From: Eledone cirrhosa
Taxonomy: Eukaryota
DNA: 64,000 bases
Direction: 5' to 3'
NCBI GenBank assembly: GCA_964016885.1
Contig: OZ024740.1
Span: 290,842,001-290,906,000 of the forward strand
Each line of letters begins with the position of its first letter. Position 1 is the stretch's first letter. The notes under the pieces are model-generated. The model saw nothing but the letters and a program-made list of their open reading frames with translations. It ran no database searches and was not told where the DNA came from. Positions 15,801 to 31,949 of this stretch are shown one piece after another. Made by a program: the position numbers and the translations under genes.

Positions 15801-18800
15801 CACCCAAATAAAAGAAGGATCCCATATAAAAAAAAGGACCGCCCCCCAAAAAAATATCAAAAACGGATTTCCAAATAAAAAACGGAACCCCCACCCCAAA
15901 TAAAAAACGTATCGATGCCCAAATAAAAAACGGGACGCCCCAATAAAATACGGATTCCCCCAAATAAACGTATACCCATATAAAAAACGGACCCCACCCA
16001 AGTAAAAAACGGATCCCCCCCCCCCCCCACAAATAAAAAACGGACACCAAAATAAAAAACGGATTTCCCACAAATAAATAACGGACCCCTCCAAAATAAA
16101 AAATGTACCCCCCAATAAAAAACGGATTCTCCCCAAATAAAAACTGGCACCCCAACCCAAATAACTAACGGAGCCCAAATAAAAATTGGATCACCAAATA
16201 AAAAACGGACACCCAAATAAAAAACGGATACCCAAATAAAAAACGGATCCCCAAATAAAAAACGGACCCTCCAAATAAAAAATGGACCCCCAAACAAAAA
16301 AATTGACGCCTAAATAAAAAACGGAGACCCAAATAAAAAACGGACACCCAAATAAAAAACGGATCACCCCAAATAAAAACGGATCCCCAAATAAAAAACG
16401 GACACCCAAATAAAAGAAGGATCCCCATATAAAAAACGGACCGCCCCCCAAAAAATATCAAAAACGGATTTCCAAATAAAAAACGGATACCCCACCCCAA
16501 ATAAAAAACGGGTCGATGCCCAAATAAAAAACGGGACGCCCCAATAAAAACGGATTCCCCCAAATAAAAGGATACCCATATAAAATTCGGACCCCACCCA
16601 AATAAAAAACGGATCCACCCCACAAATAAAAACGTACACCCAAATAAAAAACGGATTTCCCCCAAATAAATAACGGACCCTCTCCCAAATAAAAAACGGA
16701 CCCCAAATAAAAAACGGATTCCCCCCAAATAAAAAACGGGCACCCCACCCCAAATAAATAACGGAGCCCAAATAAAAAACGGATCCCCAAATAAAAAACG
16801 GACACCCAAATAAAAAACGGATCCCAAATAAAAAAAGGACACCCAAATAAAAAACGGACACCCAAATAAGAGCCGGATCCCCATATAAAAAATGGACCCC
16901 CCGCTGCCCCCCCCCCCAAAAAAAATACGGATTTCCAAGTAAAAAACGGATCCCCCACCCCAAATAAAAAAAGGTTCGATGCCCAAATAAAAAACATAAC
17001 CCCCAAATAAAAAACGGATCGCCCAGAATAAAAAACGTATCCCCCAATAAAAAACGGATCCCACCCAATAGAAAACGGACCCCAAATAAAAAACGGGCCC
17101 CTCCAAATAAAAAACCCATTCCCAAATAAAAAACGGTCTCCACTCCAAATAAAAAACGGATCGATCCCAAATAAAAAACGGACACCCAAATAAAAAACGG
17201 ATCCCCCCAAATAAAAAACGGATCCCCAAATAAAAATCGGACACCCGAATAAAAGAAGGATCCCCATATAAAAAACGGACCGCCGCCCCAAAGAATATAA
17301 AAAACGGATTTCCAAATAAAAAACGGATCCCCCCACCCCAAATAAAAAACGGGACCCCCCAATTAAAAACGTATCCCCCCAAATAAACGGATACCCATAT
17401 AAAAACGGACCCCACCGAAATAAAAAACGGATCCCCCCCACAAATAAAAAACGGACACCAAAATAAAAAACGGATTTCCCCCAAATAAATAACGGACCCC
17501 TCCCAAATAAAAAAACGGACCCCCAAATAAAAAACGGATTCCCCCCAAATAAAAAACTGGCACCCCACCCCAAATAAATAACGGAGCCCAAATAAAAAAT
17601 GGATCCCCAAATAAACGCCCCTCCCCCCAAATAAAAAAGGGATCCCCCAATAATAAACGCCCCTCCCCCCAATAAAAAACGGATCCCCCAGATATAAAAT
17701 GGACCGCCAAATAAAAAACGGCCCCCTCCAAATAAAAAACCCATTCCCAAATAAAAAACGTATCGATCCCCAAATAAAAAACGGACACCCAAATAAAAAA
17801 CGGACACCCCAAATAAAAAACGGACCCCCTAATAAAAAAAATGGACCTCCCCAAATAATAAACGGATCCCCATATAAAAAGGGACCCCCCCCCAAAAAAA
17901 AATCGGATTCCCAAATAAAAGACGGATCCCCAAATTAAAAATGCCCCCCCCCCCCCAAATAAAAAACAGATCCCCGCAAAAAAAACGGACACCCAAATAA
18001 AAACGGATCCTCAAATAAAAAAGTGATCCCCATATAAAAACGGATTCCCCCAAATAAAAAAAGGATCCCCAAATTAAAAACGGACCCCCTCCCAAATGAA
18101 AAACGGATCCCCAAATAAAAAACGGATTCCCCCAAATAAATAACGGAGCCCAAATAAAAATTGGATCCCCAAATAAAAAACGGACCCGCAAATAAAAAAA
18201 GGAACCCCAAATAAAAAACGGACACCCATATAAAAAACGTACCCCCAACCCAAATAAAAAACGGATCCCCCCCAAAAAAACGGACCCCCCCCCCCCCCCC
18301 CCCCAATAAAAAACGGACCCCTAAATAAATAAAGGACCCCTCCAAATAAAAATCAGTTCCATAAATAAAAAACAGACCCTCCAAATAAAAAATGGACTCC
18401 CAAATAAAAAAATTGACCCCTAAAGAAAAAACGGAGACCCAAGTCAAAAACGTACACCCAAATAAAAAACGGATCCCCCCAAATAAAAACGGATCCCCAA
18501 ATAAAAAACGGACACCCAAATAAAAGAAGGATCCCCATATAAAAAAGGACCGCCCCCCAAAAAAATATCAAAAACGGATTTCCAAATAAAAAACGGATCC
18601 CCCACCCCAAATAAAAAACGGTTGATGCCCAAATAAAAAACGAGACGCCCCAATAAAAAGCGGATTCCCCCAAATAAACGTATACCCATATAAAAAACGG
18701 ACCCCACCCAAATAAAAAACGGATCCCACCCACAAATAAAAAACGGACACCAAAATAAAAAACGGATTTCCCACAAATAAATAACGGACCCCTCCAAAAT

Positions 18801-19290
18801 AAAAAATGGACCCCCAAATAAAAAACGAATTCTCCCCAAATAAAAACTGGCACCCCAACCCAAATAAATAACGGAGCCCAAATAAAAATTGGATCACCAA
18901 ATAAAAAACGGACACCCAAATAAAAAACGGATACCCAAATAAAAAACGGATCCCCAAATAAAAAACGGACCCTCCAAATAAAAAACGGACACCCAAATAA
19001 AAAAATGGACCCCTAAATATAAAACGGAGACCCAAATAAAAAACGGACACCCAAATAAAAAACGGATCCCCCCAAATAAAAAACGGATCCCCCCCAAAAA
19101 ACGGACACCCAAATAAAAGAAGGATCCCCATATAAGAACGGACACCCCTAAAAAAAATATCAAAAACGGATTTCCAAATAAAAAACGGTTCCCCCACCCC
19201 AAATAAAAAACGGATCGATGCCCAAATAAAAAACGGGACCCCCCAATAAAAAACGGATCCCCCCAAATAAACGGATACCCATATAAAAAA
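9830..19290. repeat. ~4.46-kb higher-order tandem repeat (just over 2 near-identical copies; a more diverged relative at ~7,000-9,800)
   Basis: Rare markers recur at ~4.46 kb: tcagttccata 13,892/18,353 and aagagccgga ~12,408/~16,868. Identical 188-aa pseudo-ORFs at 13892 and 18353; offsets of 4,452-4,461 for 9981/14433, 10953/15407 and 11731/16191. Confidence 0.9.
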
Positions 19291-22200
19291 CGGATTTCCC
19301 CCAAATAAATAACAGAACCCCTCCCAAATAAAAAACGGACCCCCAAATAAAAAACAGATTCCCCCCAAATAAAAAACGGGCCCCCACCCCAAATAAATAA
19401 CGGAGCCCAAATAAAAAATGGATCCCCAAATAAAAAACGGACACCCAAATAAAAAACGGATCCCCAAATAAAAAACGGATCCCCAAATAAAAAACGGACA
19501 CCCATATTAAAAACGGACCCCCCTTCTCCAATTAAAAACGGACCCCCCCCCCCCTTCCCCAATAAAAAACGGCCCCTCCAAATAAAAAACAGATCCCTAA
19601 ATAAAAAACGACAACCCAAATAGAAAACGAATTCCCAAATAAAAAACGGATCACCAAATAAAAAACGTACAGCCAAATGAAAAATGGACGCCCAAATAAA
19701 ACACGTCCGCCCCACACTCACACACCAAATAAAAAACGGATCGCCAAATAAAAAACGGACCCCGCCCCAATTAAAAAACGGAACTCCCAAATAAAAACGG
19801 ACAACCCCAAATAAAAAACGGATCCTCAAATAAAAAACGAACCCCCAAATAAAAAACGGATTCCCCCAAATAAAAAACGGATCCCCAAATTAAAAACGGA
19901 CCCCCTCCCAAATAAAAAACGGATTCCCCCCAAATAAAAAACTGGCACCCCACCCCAAATAAATAACGGAGCCCAAATAAAAATTGGATCCCCAAATAAA
20001 AAACGCACACCCAAATAAAAAACGGATCCCCAAATAAAAAACGGACACACAAATAAAAAACGGACCCTCCAAATAAAAAATGGACCCCCAAATAAAAAAA
20101 GTTGACCCCTAAATAAAAAACGGAGACCCAAATAAAAAACGGACACCCAAATAAAAGAAGGATCCCATATAAAAAAAGGACCGCCCCCCAAACAAATAGC
20201 AAAAACGTATTTCCAAATAAAAAACGGAACCCCCACCCCAAATAAAAAACGGATCGATGCCCAAATAAAAAAGGGACGCCCCAATAAAATACGGATTCCC
20301 CCAAATAAAAACGGATCCCCAAATAAAAAACGGACACCCAAATAGAAGAAGGATCCCATATAAAAAAAGGACCGCCCCCCCAAAAAAATAGCAAAAACGG
20401 ATTTCCAAATAAAAAACGTAACCCCCACCACAAATAAAAAACGGATCGATGCCCAAATAAAAAAAGGGACGCCCCAATAAAATACGGATTCCCCCAAATA
20501 AACGTATACCCATATAAAAAACGGACCCCACCCAAGTAAAAAACGGATTCCCCCACAAATAAAAAACGGACACCAAAATAAAAAACGGATTTCCCACAAA
20601 TAAATAACGGACCCCTCCAAAATAAAAAATGGACCCCCAAATAAAAAACGGATTCTCCCCAAATAAAAACTGGCACCCCAACCCAAATAAATAACGGAGC
20701 CCAAATAAAAATTGGTCCACCAAATAAAAAACGGACACCCAAATGAAAAACGGATACCCAAATAAAAAACGGATCCCCAAATAAAATACGGACCCTCCAA
20801 ATAAAAAATGGACCCCCAAACAAAAAAATGGACCCCTAAATATAAAACGGAGACCCAAATAAAAAACGGACACCCAAATAAAAAACGGATCCCCCCAAAT
20901 AAAAAACGGATCCCCCCCAAAAAACGGACACCCAAATAAAAGAAAGATCCCCATATAAGAACGGACACCCCTAAAAAAAATATCAAAAACGGATTTCCAA
21001 ATAAAAAACGGTTCCCCCACCCCAAATAAAAAACGGATCGATGCCCAAATAAAAAACGGGACCCCCCCAAAAAAAACGGATCCCCCCAAATAAACGGATA
21101 CACATATAAAAAACGGACCCCACCCAAATAAAAAACGGATTTCCCCCAAATAAATAACAGACCCCCTCCCAAATAGAAAACGGACCCCCAAATAAAAAAC
21201 AGATTCCCCCCAAATAAAAAACGGCCCCCCCCCCCCCCAAATAAATAACGGAGCCCAAATAAAAAATGGATCCCCAAATAAAAAACGGACACCCAAATAA
21301 AAAACGGATCCCCAAATAAAAAACGGACACCCATATAAAAAACGGACCCCCCTTCCCCAATTAAAAACGGACCCCCCCCCCCCTTCCCCAATAAAAAACG
21401 GCCCCTCCAAATAAAAAACACATCCCTAAATAAAAAACGACAACCCAAATAGAAAACGAATTCCCAAATAAAAAACGGATCCCCAAATAAAAAACGTACA
21501 CCCAAATGAAAAATGGACGCCCAAATAAAACACGCCCCCCCCCCCCCCCCCACACTCACACACCAAATAAAAAACGGATCGCCAAATAAAAAACGGAACC
21601 CGCCCCAATTAAAAAACGGAACTCCCAAATAAAAACGGACAACCCCAAATAAAAAACGGATCCTCAAATAAAAAACGAACCCCCAAATAAAAAACGGATT
21701 CCCCCAAATAAAAAACGGATCCCCAAATTAAAAACGGACCCCCTCCCAAATAAAAAACGGATTCCCCCCAAATAAAAAACTGGCACCCCACCCCAAATAA
21801 ATAACGGAGCCCAAATAAAAATTGGATCCCCAAATAAAAAACGCACACCCAAATAAAAAATGGATCCCCAAATAAAAAACGGACACACAAATAAAAAACG
21901 GACCCTCCAAATAAAAAATGGACCCCCAAATAAAAAAAGTTGACCCCTAAATAAAAAACGGAGACCCAAATAAAAAACGGACACCCAAATAAAAGAAGGA
22001 TCCCATATAAAAAAAGGACCGCCCCCCAAAAAAATAGCAAAAACGGATTTCCAAATAAAAAACGGAACCCCCACCCCAAATAAAAAACGGATCGATGCCC
22101 AAATAAAAAAGGGACGCCCCAATAAAATACGGATTCCCCCAAATAAAAACGGATCCCCAAATAAAAACCGGACACCCAAATAAAAGAAGGATCCCATATA

Positions 22201-22670
22201 AAAAAAGGACCGCCCCCCCAAAAAAATAGCAAAAACGGATTTCCAAATAAAAAACGGAACCGCCACCCCAAATAAAAAACACATCGATGCCCAAATAAAA
22301 AAAGGGACGCCCCAATAAAATACGGATTCCCCCAAATAAACGTATACCCATATAAAAAACGGACCCCACCCAAGTAAAAAACGGATCCCCCCACAAATAA
22401 AAAACGGACACCAAAATAAAAAACGGATTTCCCACAAATAAATAACGTACCCCTCCAAAATAAAAAATGGACCCCCAAATAAAAAACGGATTCTCCCCAA
22501 ATAAAAACTGGCACCCCAACCCAAATAAATAACGGAGCCCAAATAAAAATTGGTCCACCAAATAAAAAACGGACACCCAAATGAAAAACGGATACCCAAA
22601 TAAAAAACGGATCCCCAAATAAAAAACGGACCCTCCAAATAAAAAATGGACCCCCAAACAAAAAGATTGA
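18900..22670. repeat. ~1.84-kb tandem duplication within the satellite
   Basis: ORF-track offsets of 1,838 (19771/21609, 19826/21664, 19890/21728). Shared rare variants aaaatagcaaaaacg and attggtccacc. Confidence 0.85.
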
Positions 22671-24019
22671 CCCCTAAATAAAAAACGGACACCCAAATAA
22701 AAAACGGACACCCCAAATAAAAAACGGACCCCCAAATAAAAAAATGGACCTCCCCAAATAATAAACGGATCCCCATATAAAAAGGGACCCCCCCCAAAAA
22801 AAAATCGGATTCCCAAATAGAAAACGGATCCCCAAATTAAAAACGCCCCCCCCCCCCAAATAAAAACGGATCCCCGCAAAAAAAACGGACACCTAAATAA
22901 AAACGGATCCTCAAGTAAAAAAGTGATCCACATATAAAAACGGATTCCCCCAAATAAAAAAAGGATCCCCAAATTAAATACGGACCCCCTCTCAAATAAA
23001 AAACGGATCCCCAAATAAAAAACTGATTCCCCCAAATAAATAACGGAGCCCAAATAAAAATTGGATCCCCAAATAAAAAACGGACCCGCAAATAAAAAAA
23101 GGAACCCCATATAAAAAACGGACACCCATATAAAAAACGTACCCCCAACCCAAATAAAAAACGGATCCCCCCCAAAAAAACGGACCCTGCTTCCCCAATT
23201 AAAAAGGATACGCCCCCCCCACCCACCCCCACCCCCCAATAAAAAACGGACCCCTAAATAAATAAAGGACCCCTCCAAATAAAAATCAGTTCCATAAATA
23301 AAAAACGGACCCTCCAAATAAAAAATGGACTCCCAAATAAAAAAAATTGACCCCTAAATAAAAAACGGAGACCCAAATCAAAAACTGACACCCAAATAAA
23401 AAACGGATCCCCCCAAATAAAAACGGATCCCCAAATAAAAAACGGACACCCAAATAAAAGAAGGATCCCCATATAAAAAAGGACCGCCCCCCAAAAAAAT
23501 ATCAAAAACGGATTTCCAAATAAAAAACGGATCCCCCACCCCAAATAAAAAACGGTTGATGCCCTAATAAAAAACGAGACGCCCCAATAAAAAGCGGATT
23601 CCCCCAAATAAACGTATACCCATATAAAAAACGGACCCCACCCAAATAAAAAACGGATCCCACCCACAAATAAAAAACGGACACCAAAATAAAAAAAGGA
23701 TTTCCCACAAATAAATAACGGACCCCTCCAAAATAAAAAATGGACCCCCAAATAAAAAACGAATTCTCCCCAAATAAAAACTGGCACCCCAACCCAAATA
23801 AATAACGGAGCCCAAATAATATTGGATCACCAAATAAAAAACGGACACCCAAATAAAAAACGGATACCCAAATAAAAATCGGATCCCCAAATAAAAAACG
23901 GACCCTCCAAATAAAAAACGGACACCCAAATAAAAAAATGGACCCCTAAATATAAAACGGAGACCCAAATAAAAAACGGACACCCAAATAAAAAACGGAT
24001 CCCCCCAAATAAAAAACGG

Positions 24020-26890
24020 ATCCCCCCCAAAAAAACGGACACCCAAATAAAAGAAGGATCCCCATATAAAAACGGACACCCCTAAAAAAAATATCAAAAA
24101 CGGATTTCCAATTAAAAAACGGTTCCCCCACCCCAAATAAAAAACGGATCGATGCCCAAATAAAAAACGGTACCCCCCAATAAAAAACGGATCCCCCCCA
24201 AATAAACGGATACCCATATAAAAAACGGACCCCACCCAAATAAAAAACGGATTTCCCCCAAATAAATAACAGACCCCCTCCCAAATAAAAAACGGACCCC
24301 CAAATAAAAAACGGATTCCCCCCAAATAAAAAACGGGCCCCCCACCCCAAATAAATAACGGAGCCCAAATAAAAAATGGATCCCCAAATAAAAAACGGAC
24401 ACCCAAATAAAAAACGGATCCCCAAATAAAAAACGGACACCCATATAAAAAACGGACCCCCCCTTCCCCAATTAAAAACGGACCCCCCCCCTTCCCCAAT
24501 AAAAAACGGCCCCTCCAAATAAAAAACAGATCCCTAAATAAAAAACGACAACCCAAATAAAAAACGAATTCCCAAATAAAAAACGGATCCCCAAATAAAA
24601 AACGTACACCCAGATGAAAAATGGACGCCCAAATAAAACACGCCCCCCCCCCTCACACTCACACACCAAATAAAAAACGGATCGCCAAATAAAAAACGGA
24701 CCCCGCCCCAATTAAAAAAGGAACTCCCAAATAAAAACGGACAACCCCAAATAAAAAACGGATCCTCAAATAAAAAACGAACCCCCAAATAAAAAACGGA
24801 TTCCCCCAAATAAAAAACGGATCCCCAAATTAAAAACGGACCCCCTCCCAAATAAAAAACGGATTCCCCCCAAATAAAAAACTGGCACCCCACCCCAAAT
24901 AAATAACGGAGCCCAAATAAAAATTGGATCCCCAAACAAAAAACGCACACCCAAATAAAAAACGGATCCCCAAATAAAAAACGGACACCCAAATAAAAAA
25001 CGGACCCTCCAAATAAAAAATAGACCCCCAAATAAAAAAAGTTGACCCCTAAATAAAAAACGAAGACCCAAATAAAAAACGGACACCCAAATAAAAAACG
25101 GATCCCGCCAAATAAAAACGGATCCGCAAATAAAATCGGACACCCAAATAAAAGAAGGATCCCATATAAAAAAAGGACCGCCCCCCAAAAAAATATCAAA
25201 AACGGATTTCCAAATAAAAAACGGAACCCCCACCCCAAATAAAAAACGGATCGATGTCCAAATAAAAAAAGGGACGCCCCAATAAAATACGGATTCCCCC
25301 AAATAAACGTATACCCATATAAAAAACGGACCCCACCCAAGTAAAAAACGGATCCCCCCACAAATAAAAAACGGACACCAAAATAAAAAACGGATTTCCC
25401 ACAAATAAATAACGGACCCCTCCCAAATAAAAAACGGACACCCAAATAAAAAACGGATCCGCCCAAATGAAAAACGGATCCCCCCCAAAAAACGGACACC
25501 CAAATAAAAGAAGGATCCCCATATAAAAACGGACACCCCTAAAAAAATATCAAAAACGGATTTCCAAATAAAAAACGGTTCCCCCACCCTAAATAAAAAA
25601 CGGATCGATGCCCAAATAAAAAACGGTACCCCCCAATAAAAAACGGATCCCCCCCAAATAAACGGATACCCATATAAAAAAAGGACCCCACCCAAATAAA
25701 AAACGGATTTCCCCCAAATAAATAACAGACCCCCTCCCAAATGAAAAACGGACCCCCAAATAAAAAACGGATTCCCCCCAAATAAAAAACGGGCCCCCCA
25801 CCCCAAATAAATAACGGAGCCCAAATAAAAAATGGATCCCCAAATAAAAAACGGACACCCAAATAAAAAACGGATCCCCAAATAGAAAACGGACACCCAT
25901 ATAAAAAACGGACCCCCCCTTCCCCAATTAAAAACGGACCACACCCCCCCCCCCCCTTTCCCCAATAAAAAACGGCCCCTCCAAATAAAAAACAGATCCC
26001 TAAATAGAAAACGACAACCCAAATAAAAAACGAATTCCCAAATAAAAAACGGATCCCCAAATAAAAAACGTACACCCAGATGAAAAATGGACGCCCAAAT
26101 AAAACACGCCCCCCCCCCCCCTCACACTCACACACCAAATAAAAAACGTATCGCCAAATAAAAAACGGACCCCGCCCCAATTAAAAAAGGAACTCCCAAA
26201 TAAAAACGGACAACCCCAAATAAAAAACGGATCCTCAAATAAAAAACGAACCCCCAAATAAAAAACGGATTCCCCCAAATAAAAAACGGATCCCCAAATT
26301 AAAAACGGACCCCCTCCCAAATAAAAAACGGATTCCCCCCAAATAAAAAACTGGCACCCCACCCCAAATAAATAACGGAGCCCAAATAAAAATTGGATCC
26401 CCAAACAAAAAACGCACACCCAAATAAAAAACGGATCCCCAAATAAAAAACGGACACCCAAATAAAAAACGGACCCTCCAAATAAAAAATAGACCCCCAA
26501 ATAAAAAAAGTTGACCCCTAAATAAAAAACGGAGACCCAAATAAAAAACGGACACCCAAATAAAAAACGGATCCCCCCAAATAAAAACGGATCCGCAAAT
26601 AAAATCGGACACCCAAATAAAAGAAGGATCCCATATAAAAAAAGGACCGCCCCCCAAAAAAATATCAAAAACGGATTTCCAAATAAAAAACGGAACCCCC
26701 ACCCCAAATAAAAAACACATCGATGCCCAAATAAAAAAAGGGACGCCCCAATAAAATACGGATTCCCCCAAATAAACGTATACCCATATAAAAAACGGAC
26801 CCCACCCAAGTAAAAAACGGATCCCCCCACAAATAAAAAACGGACACCAAAATAAAAAACGGATTTCCCACAAATAAATAACGGACCCCT
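24020..26890. repeat. ~1.47-kb tandem duplication within the satellite
   Basis: Offsets of 1,466-1,469 (24766/26235, 24830/26299, 25196/26665). Shared ggatccgcaaataaaatcgg and cccagatgaaaaatgg. Confidence 0.85.
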
Positions 26891-28487
26891 CCAAAATAAA
26901 AAATGGACCCCCAAATAAAAAACGGATTCTCCCCAAATAAAAACTGGCACCCCAACCCAAATAAATAACGGAGCCCAAATAAAAATTGGATCACCAAATA
27001 AATAACGGACACCCAAATGAAAAACGGATACCCAAATAAAAAACGGATCCCCAAATAAAAAACGGACCCTCCAAATAAAAAATGGACCCCAAACAAAAAA
27101 ATTGACCCCTAAATAAAAAACGGACACCCAAATAAAAAACGGATCACCCCAAATAAAAACGGATCCCCAAATAAAAAACGGACACCCAAATAAAAGAAGG
27201 ATCCCATATAAAAAAGGACCGCCCCCCAAAAAAATATCGAAAACGGATTTCCAAATAAAAAACGGAGCCCCCACCCCAAATAAAAAACGGATCGATGCCC
27301 AAATAAAAAAAGGGACGCCCCAATAAAATACGGATTCCCCCAAATAAACGTATACCCATATAAAAAACGGACCCCACCCAAGTAAAAAACGGGTCCCCCC
27401 ACAAATAAAAAACGGACACCAAAATAAAAAACAGATTTCCCACAAATAAATAACGGACCCCTCCAAAATAAAAAATGGACCCCCAAATAAAAAACGGATT
27501 CTCCCCAAATAAAAACTGGCACCCCAACCCAAATAAACAACGGAGCCCAAATAAATATTGGATCACCAAATAAAAAACGGACACCCAAATGAAAAACGGA
27601 TACCCAAATAAAAAACGGATCCCCAAATAAAAAACGGACCCTCCAAATAAAAAATGGACCCCCAAACAAAAAAATTGACCCCTAAATAAAAAACGGACAC
27701 CCAAATAAAAAACGGATCACCCCAAATAAAAACAGATCCCCAAATAAAAAACGGACACCCAAATAAAAGAAGGATCCCCATATAAAAAACGGACCGCCCC
27801 CCAAAAAAATATCAAAAACGGATTTCCAAATAAAAAACGGATCCCCCACCCCAAATAAAAAACGGGTCGATGCCCAAATAAAAAACGGGACGCCCCAATA
27901 AAAAACGGATACCCCCAAATAAACGGATACCCATATAAAATTCGGACCCCACCCAAATAAAAAACGGATCCACCCCACAAATAAAAAACGGACACCAAAA
28001 TAAAAAACGGATTTCCCCCAAATAAAAAACGGATCACCAAATTTAAAACGGACTCCCTCCCAAATAAAAAACGGATTCTCCCCAAATAAAAATCTGGCAC
28101 CCCACCCCAAATAAATAACGGAGCCTAAATAAAAATTGGATCACCAAATAAAAAACGGACATCCAAATATAAAACGGATACCCAAATAAAAAACGGATCC
28201 CCAATTAAAAAACGGACCCTCCAAATAAAAAACAGATCCCCAAATAAAAAACGATCACCCATATAAAAAACGGACCCCCACACCAAATAAAAAACGGACC
28301 CCCCTTCTCCAATTAAAAACGGACCCCCCCCCTTCCCCAATAAAAAATGGCCCCCTCCAAATAAAAAACAGATCCCTAAATAAAAAATGGACACCCAAAT
28401 AAAAATCGAATTCCCAAATAAAAAACGGATTCCCAAATAAAAAACGGACACCCAAATGAAAAATGGACCCCCAAATAAAAAAAGCCC

Positions 28488-28518
<31 letters not shown>

Positions 28519-31500
28519 CAAATAAAAAACGGATCGACAAATAAAAAACGGACCCCACCCCAATTAAAAAACGGTACTCCCAAATTAAGACGGCCAACCC
28601 CAAATAAAAAACGGATCCCCAAATAAAAAACGGATCCTCAATTAAAAACGGATCGCCAAATAAAAAACGGACCCCCAAATAAAAAACGGATTCCCCCAAA
28701 TAAAAAACGGATCCCCAAATTAAAAACGGACCCCCTCCCAAATAAAAAACTGATTCCCCCCAAATAAAAAACTGGCACCCCACCCCAAATAAAAAACGGA
28801 TCGATGCCCAAATAAATAACGGAACGCCCCAATAAAAAACGGATTCCCCCAAATAAACGGATACCCATATAAAAAACGGACCCCACCCAAATAAAAAACG
28901 GATCCCCCCACAAATAAAAAACGGACACCAAAATAAAAAACGGATTTCCCCCAAATAAATAACGGACCCCTCCCAAATAAAAAACGGACCCCCAAATAAA
29001 AAACGGATTCTCCCCAAATAAAAAACTGGCACCCCACCCCAAATAAATAACGGAGCCCAAATAAAAATTGGATCACCAAATAAAAAACGGACACCCAAAT
29101 ATAAAACGGATACCCAAATAAAAAACGGATTCCCAAATAAAAAACGGACCCTCCAAATTAAAAACGGATCCCCAAATAAAAAATGGACACCCATATAAAA
29201 AACGTACCCCCACCCCAAATAAAAAACGGACCCCCCTACCCCAATTAAAAACGGACCCCCCCCCCTTCCCCAATAAAAAATGGCCCCCTCCAAATAAAAA
29301 ACATATCCCTAAATATAAAACGGACACCCAAATAAAAAACGAATTCCCAAATAAAAAACGGATCCCGAAATAAAAAAGGACACCCAAATGAAAAATGGAC
29401 CCCCAAATAAAACAAGCCCCCCCCCCCCACACACACACACACACCAAATAAAAAACGGATCGCCAAATAAAAAACGGACCCCACCCCAATTAAAAAACGA
29501 AAACCCAAATAAAAACGGACAACCCCAAATAAAAAACGGATCCCCAAATAAATAACGGATGTCAAATAAAAACGGATCCCCAAATAAAAAACGAACCCCC
29601 AAATAAAAAACGGATTCCCCCAAATAAGAGACGGATACCCCAATAAAAAACGGACGCCCAGCCCTATAAAAGACGGCCCCCTCCAAATAAAAAACAGATC
29701 CCTAAAAATATACGGACACCAAAATAAAAAACGGTTTCCCAAATAAAAAACGGAACCTCCATCCCAAATAAAGAACGGATTGATCCCCAAATAAAAAACG
29801 TATCCCCAAATAAAAAACGGACACCCAAATAAAAAACGGACCCCCAAAATAAGAAACGGAACCCCCACCAAATAAAAAACAGAACCCCTCCTAAATAAAA
29901 TATGGATCCCCAAATAGAAAGCCAACACACATAAAAAACGGATCGATGCACAAATAAAAAACGGAAACCCCCAAATAAAAAACGGGACCCCCCAATAAAA
30001 AACAGATCGCCCCAAATAAACGGATACCCATATAAAAAACGGAACCCATTCCCAAATAAAAAACGGTCCTCCACCCCAAATAAAAAATGGATCGATCCCC
30101 AAATAAAAAATGGGTCCCCAAATAAAAAACGGACGCCCAAATAAAAAACGGACCCCCCAAATAAAAAAAGGACCCCCAAATTAAAAAAATGAACCCCGCC
30201 TCCAAATAAAAAAACGGCGCCCCAAATAAAAACGGACCCCCCCCCAAAAAAAAATAATCGGATTCCCAAATAAAAAATGGATCCCCAAATTAAAAACGGC
30301 CCCCCTCCCAAATAACCCTCCCCCCCCAATAAAAAACGGATCCCCCCCAAAAAAAACGGACACCCAAATAAAAACGTATCCTCAAATGAAAAACGGATCC
30401 CCAAATAAAAAACGGATTCCCCCAAATAAATAACGGAGCCCAAATAAAAATTGGATAAAAAAATAAAAAACGGACCCCGCTTCCCCAATTGAAAAAGGAT
30501 ACCCCCCCCCCCCCCAAATAAAAAACGGACCCCTAAATAAATAACGGACCCCTCCAAATAAAAATCAGATCCCTAAATAAAAAACGGACACCCAAATAAA
30601 AACGACCCCCCCCCCGCCAAGTAAAAAACGGAGCCCCAAATAAAAAATGGACCCTTAAATAAAAAACGGACACCCAAATAAAAAACGGACACCCAAATAA
30701 AAAACGGACACCCAAATAAAAGCCGGATCCCCATATAAAAAATGGACCCGCACCCAAAAAAAAAAATAAAAAACGGATTTCCAAGTAAAAAACGGGTCCC
30801 TCACCCCAAATAAAAAAAGGTTCGATGCCCAAATAAAAAACGGAACCCCCAAATAAAAAACGGATCGCCCAAAATGAAAAACGGATACCCATATAAAAAA
30901 GGACCCCCACCCCAAATAAAAAAGCGATCCTCCAATAAAAAACGGACCCCCCCCCCCCCCAATAAAAAACGGATCCCCCCCAATAGAAAACGGACCCCCA
31001 AATAAAAACGGCCCCCTCCAAATAAAAAACCCATTCCAAAATAAAAAACGGTCCTCCACCCCAAATAAAAACGGATCGATCCCATATAAAAATGGATCCC
31101 CAAATAAAAAACGGACACCCAAATAAAAAACGGACCCCCCAAATAAAAACCGGAACCCCAAATAAAAAGAATGGACCCCCCAAATAAAAACGGATCCCCA
31201 AATAAAAACGGATCCCCAAATAAAAGACGGATCCCCATATAAAAACGGACCCCCCCCAAAAAAAAAATCGGATTCCCAAATAAAAAAATAGTCCCCAAAT
31301 TAAAAACGGCCCCCCTCCCAAATAACCCCCCCCCCTCCCAAAAAAAAAACGGATCCCACCCCAAGAAAAACGGACATCCAAATAAAAACGAATCCTCAAA
31401 TAAAAAACGTATCCCCAAATAAAAAACGGATTCCCCCTAATAAATAACGGAGCCCAAATAAAAATTGGATCCCCAAATAAAAAACGGACCCCTAAATAAC

Positions 31501-31949
31501 TAACGGAACCCTCCAAATAAAAATCAGATCCCTAAATAAAAAACGTACAGCCTAATCAAAAACGGATCCCCCCAAATAAAAAACGGATCCCCAAATAAAA
31601 ACCGACACCCAAATAAAAGACGGTTCCCTATATAAAAAACGAAGCCCCACCCCTAATGAAAAACGGATCCCCCAATAAAAACGGATCCACCACCCCAAAT
31701 AAAAAACGGATCGATGCCCAAATGAAAAACGGAACACCCAAATAAAAAAAGGACACCCCCAAATAAAAAACGGACACACACTCAAATAAAAAACGAACCC
31801 CCAAATAAAAAACGGATCCCCACCAAATAAAAAACGAACCCCAAATAAAAAACGGAACGCCCAAATAAAAAACGTACCCCCCCCCCAATAAAAAACAGGT
31901 CCCCAAATAAAAAACGAACCCCTAAATAAAAAACGGATTTCCCCAAATA

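Noticed and set aside
17699-17938. Plus-strand K/N/P-rich ORF (also 44,558-44,854)
   Set aside because: Chance avoidance of the TAA present in each monomer.
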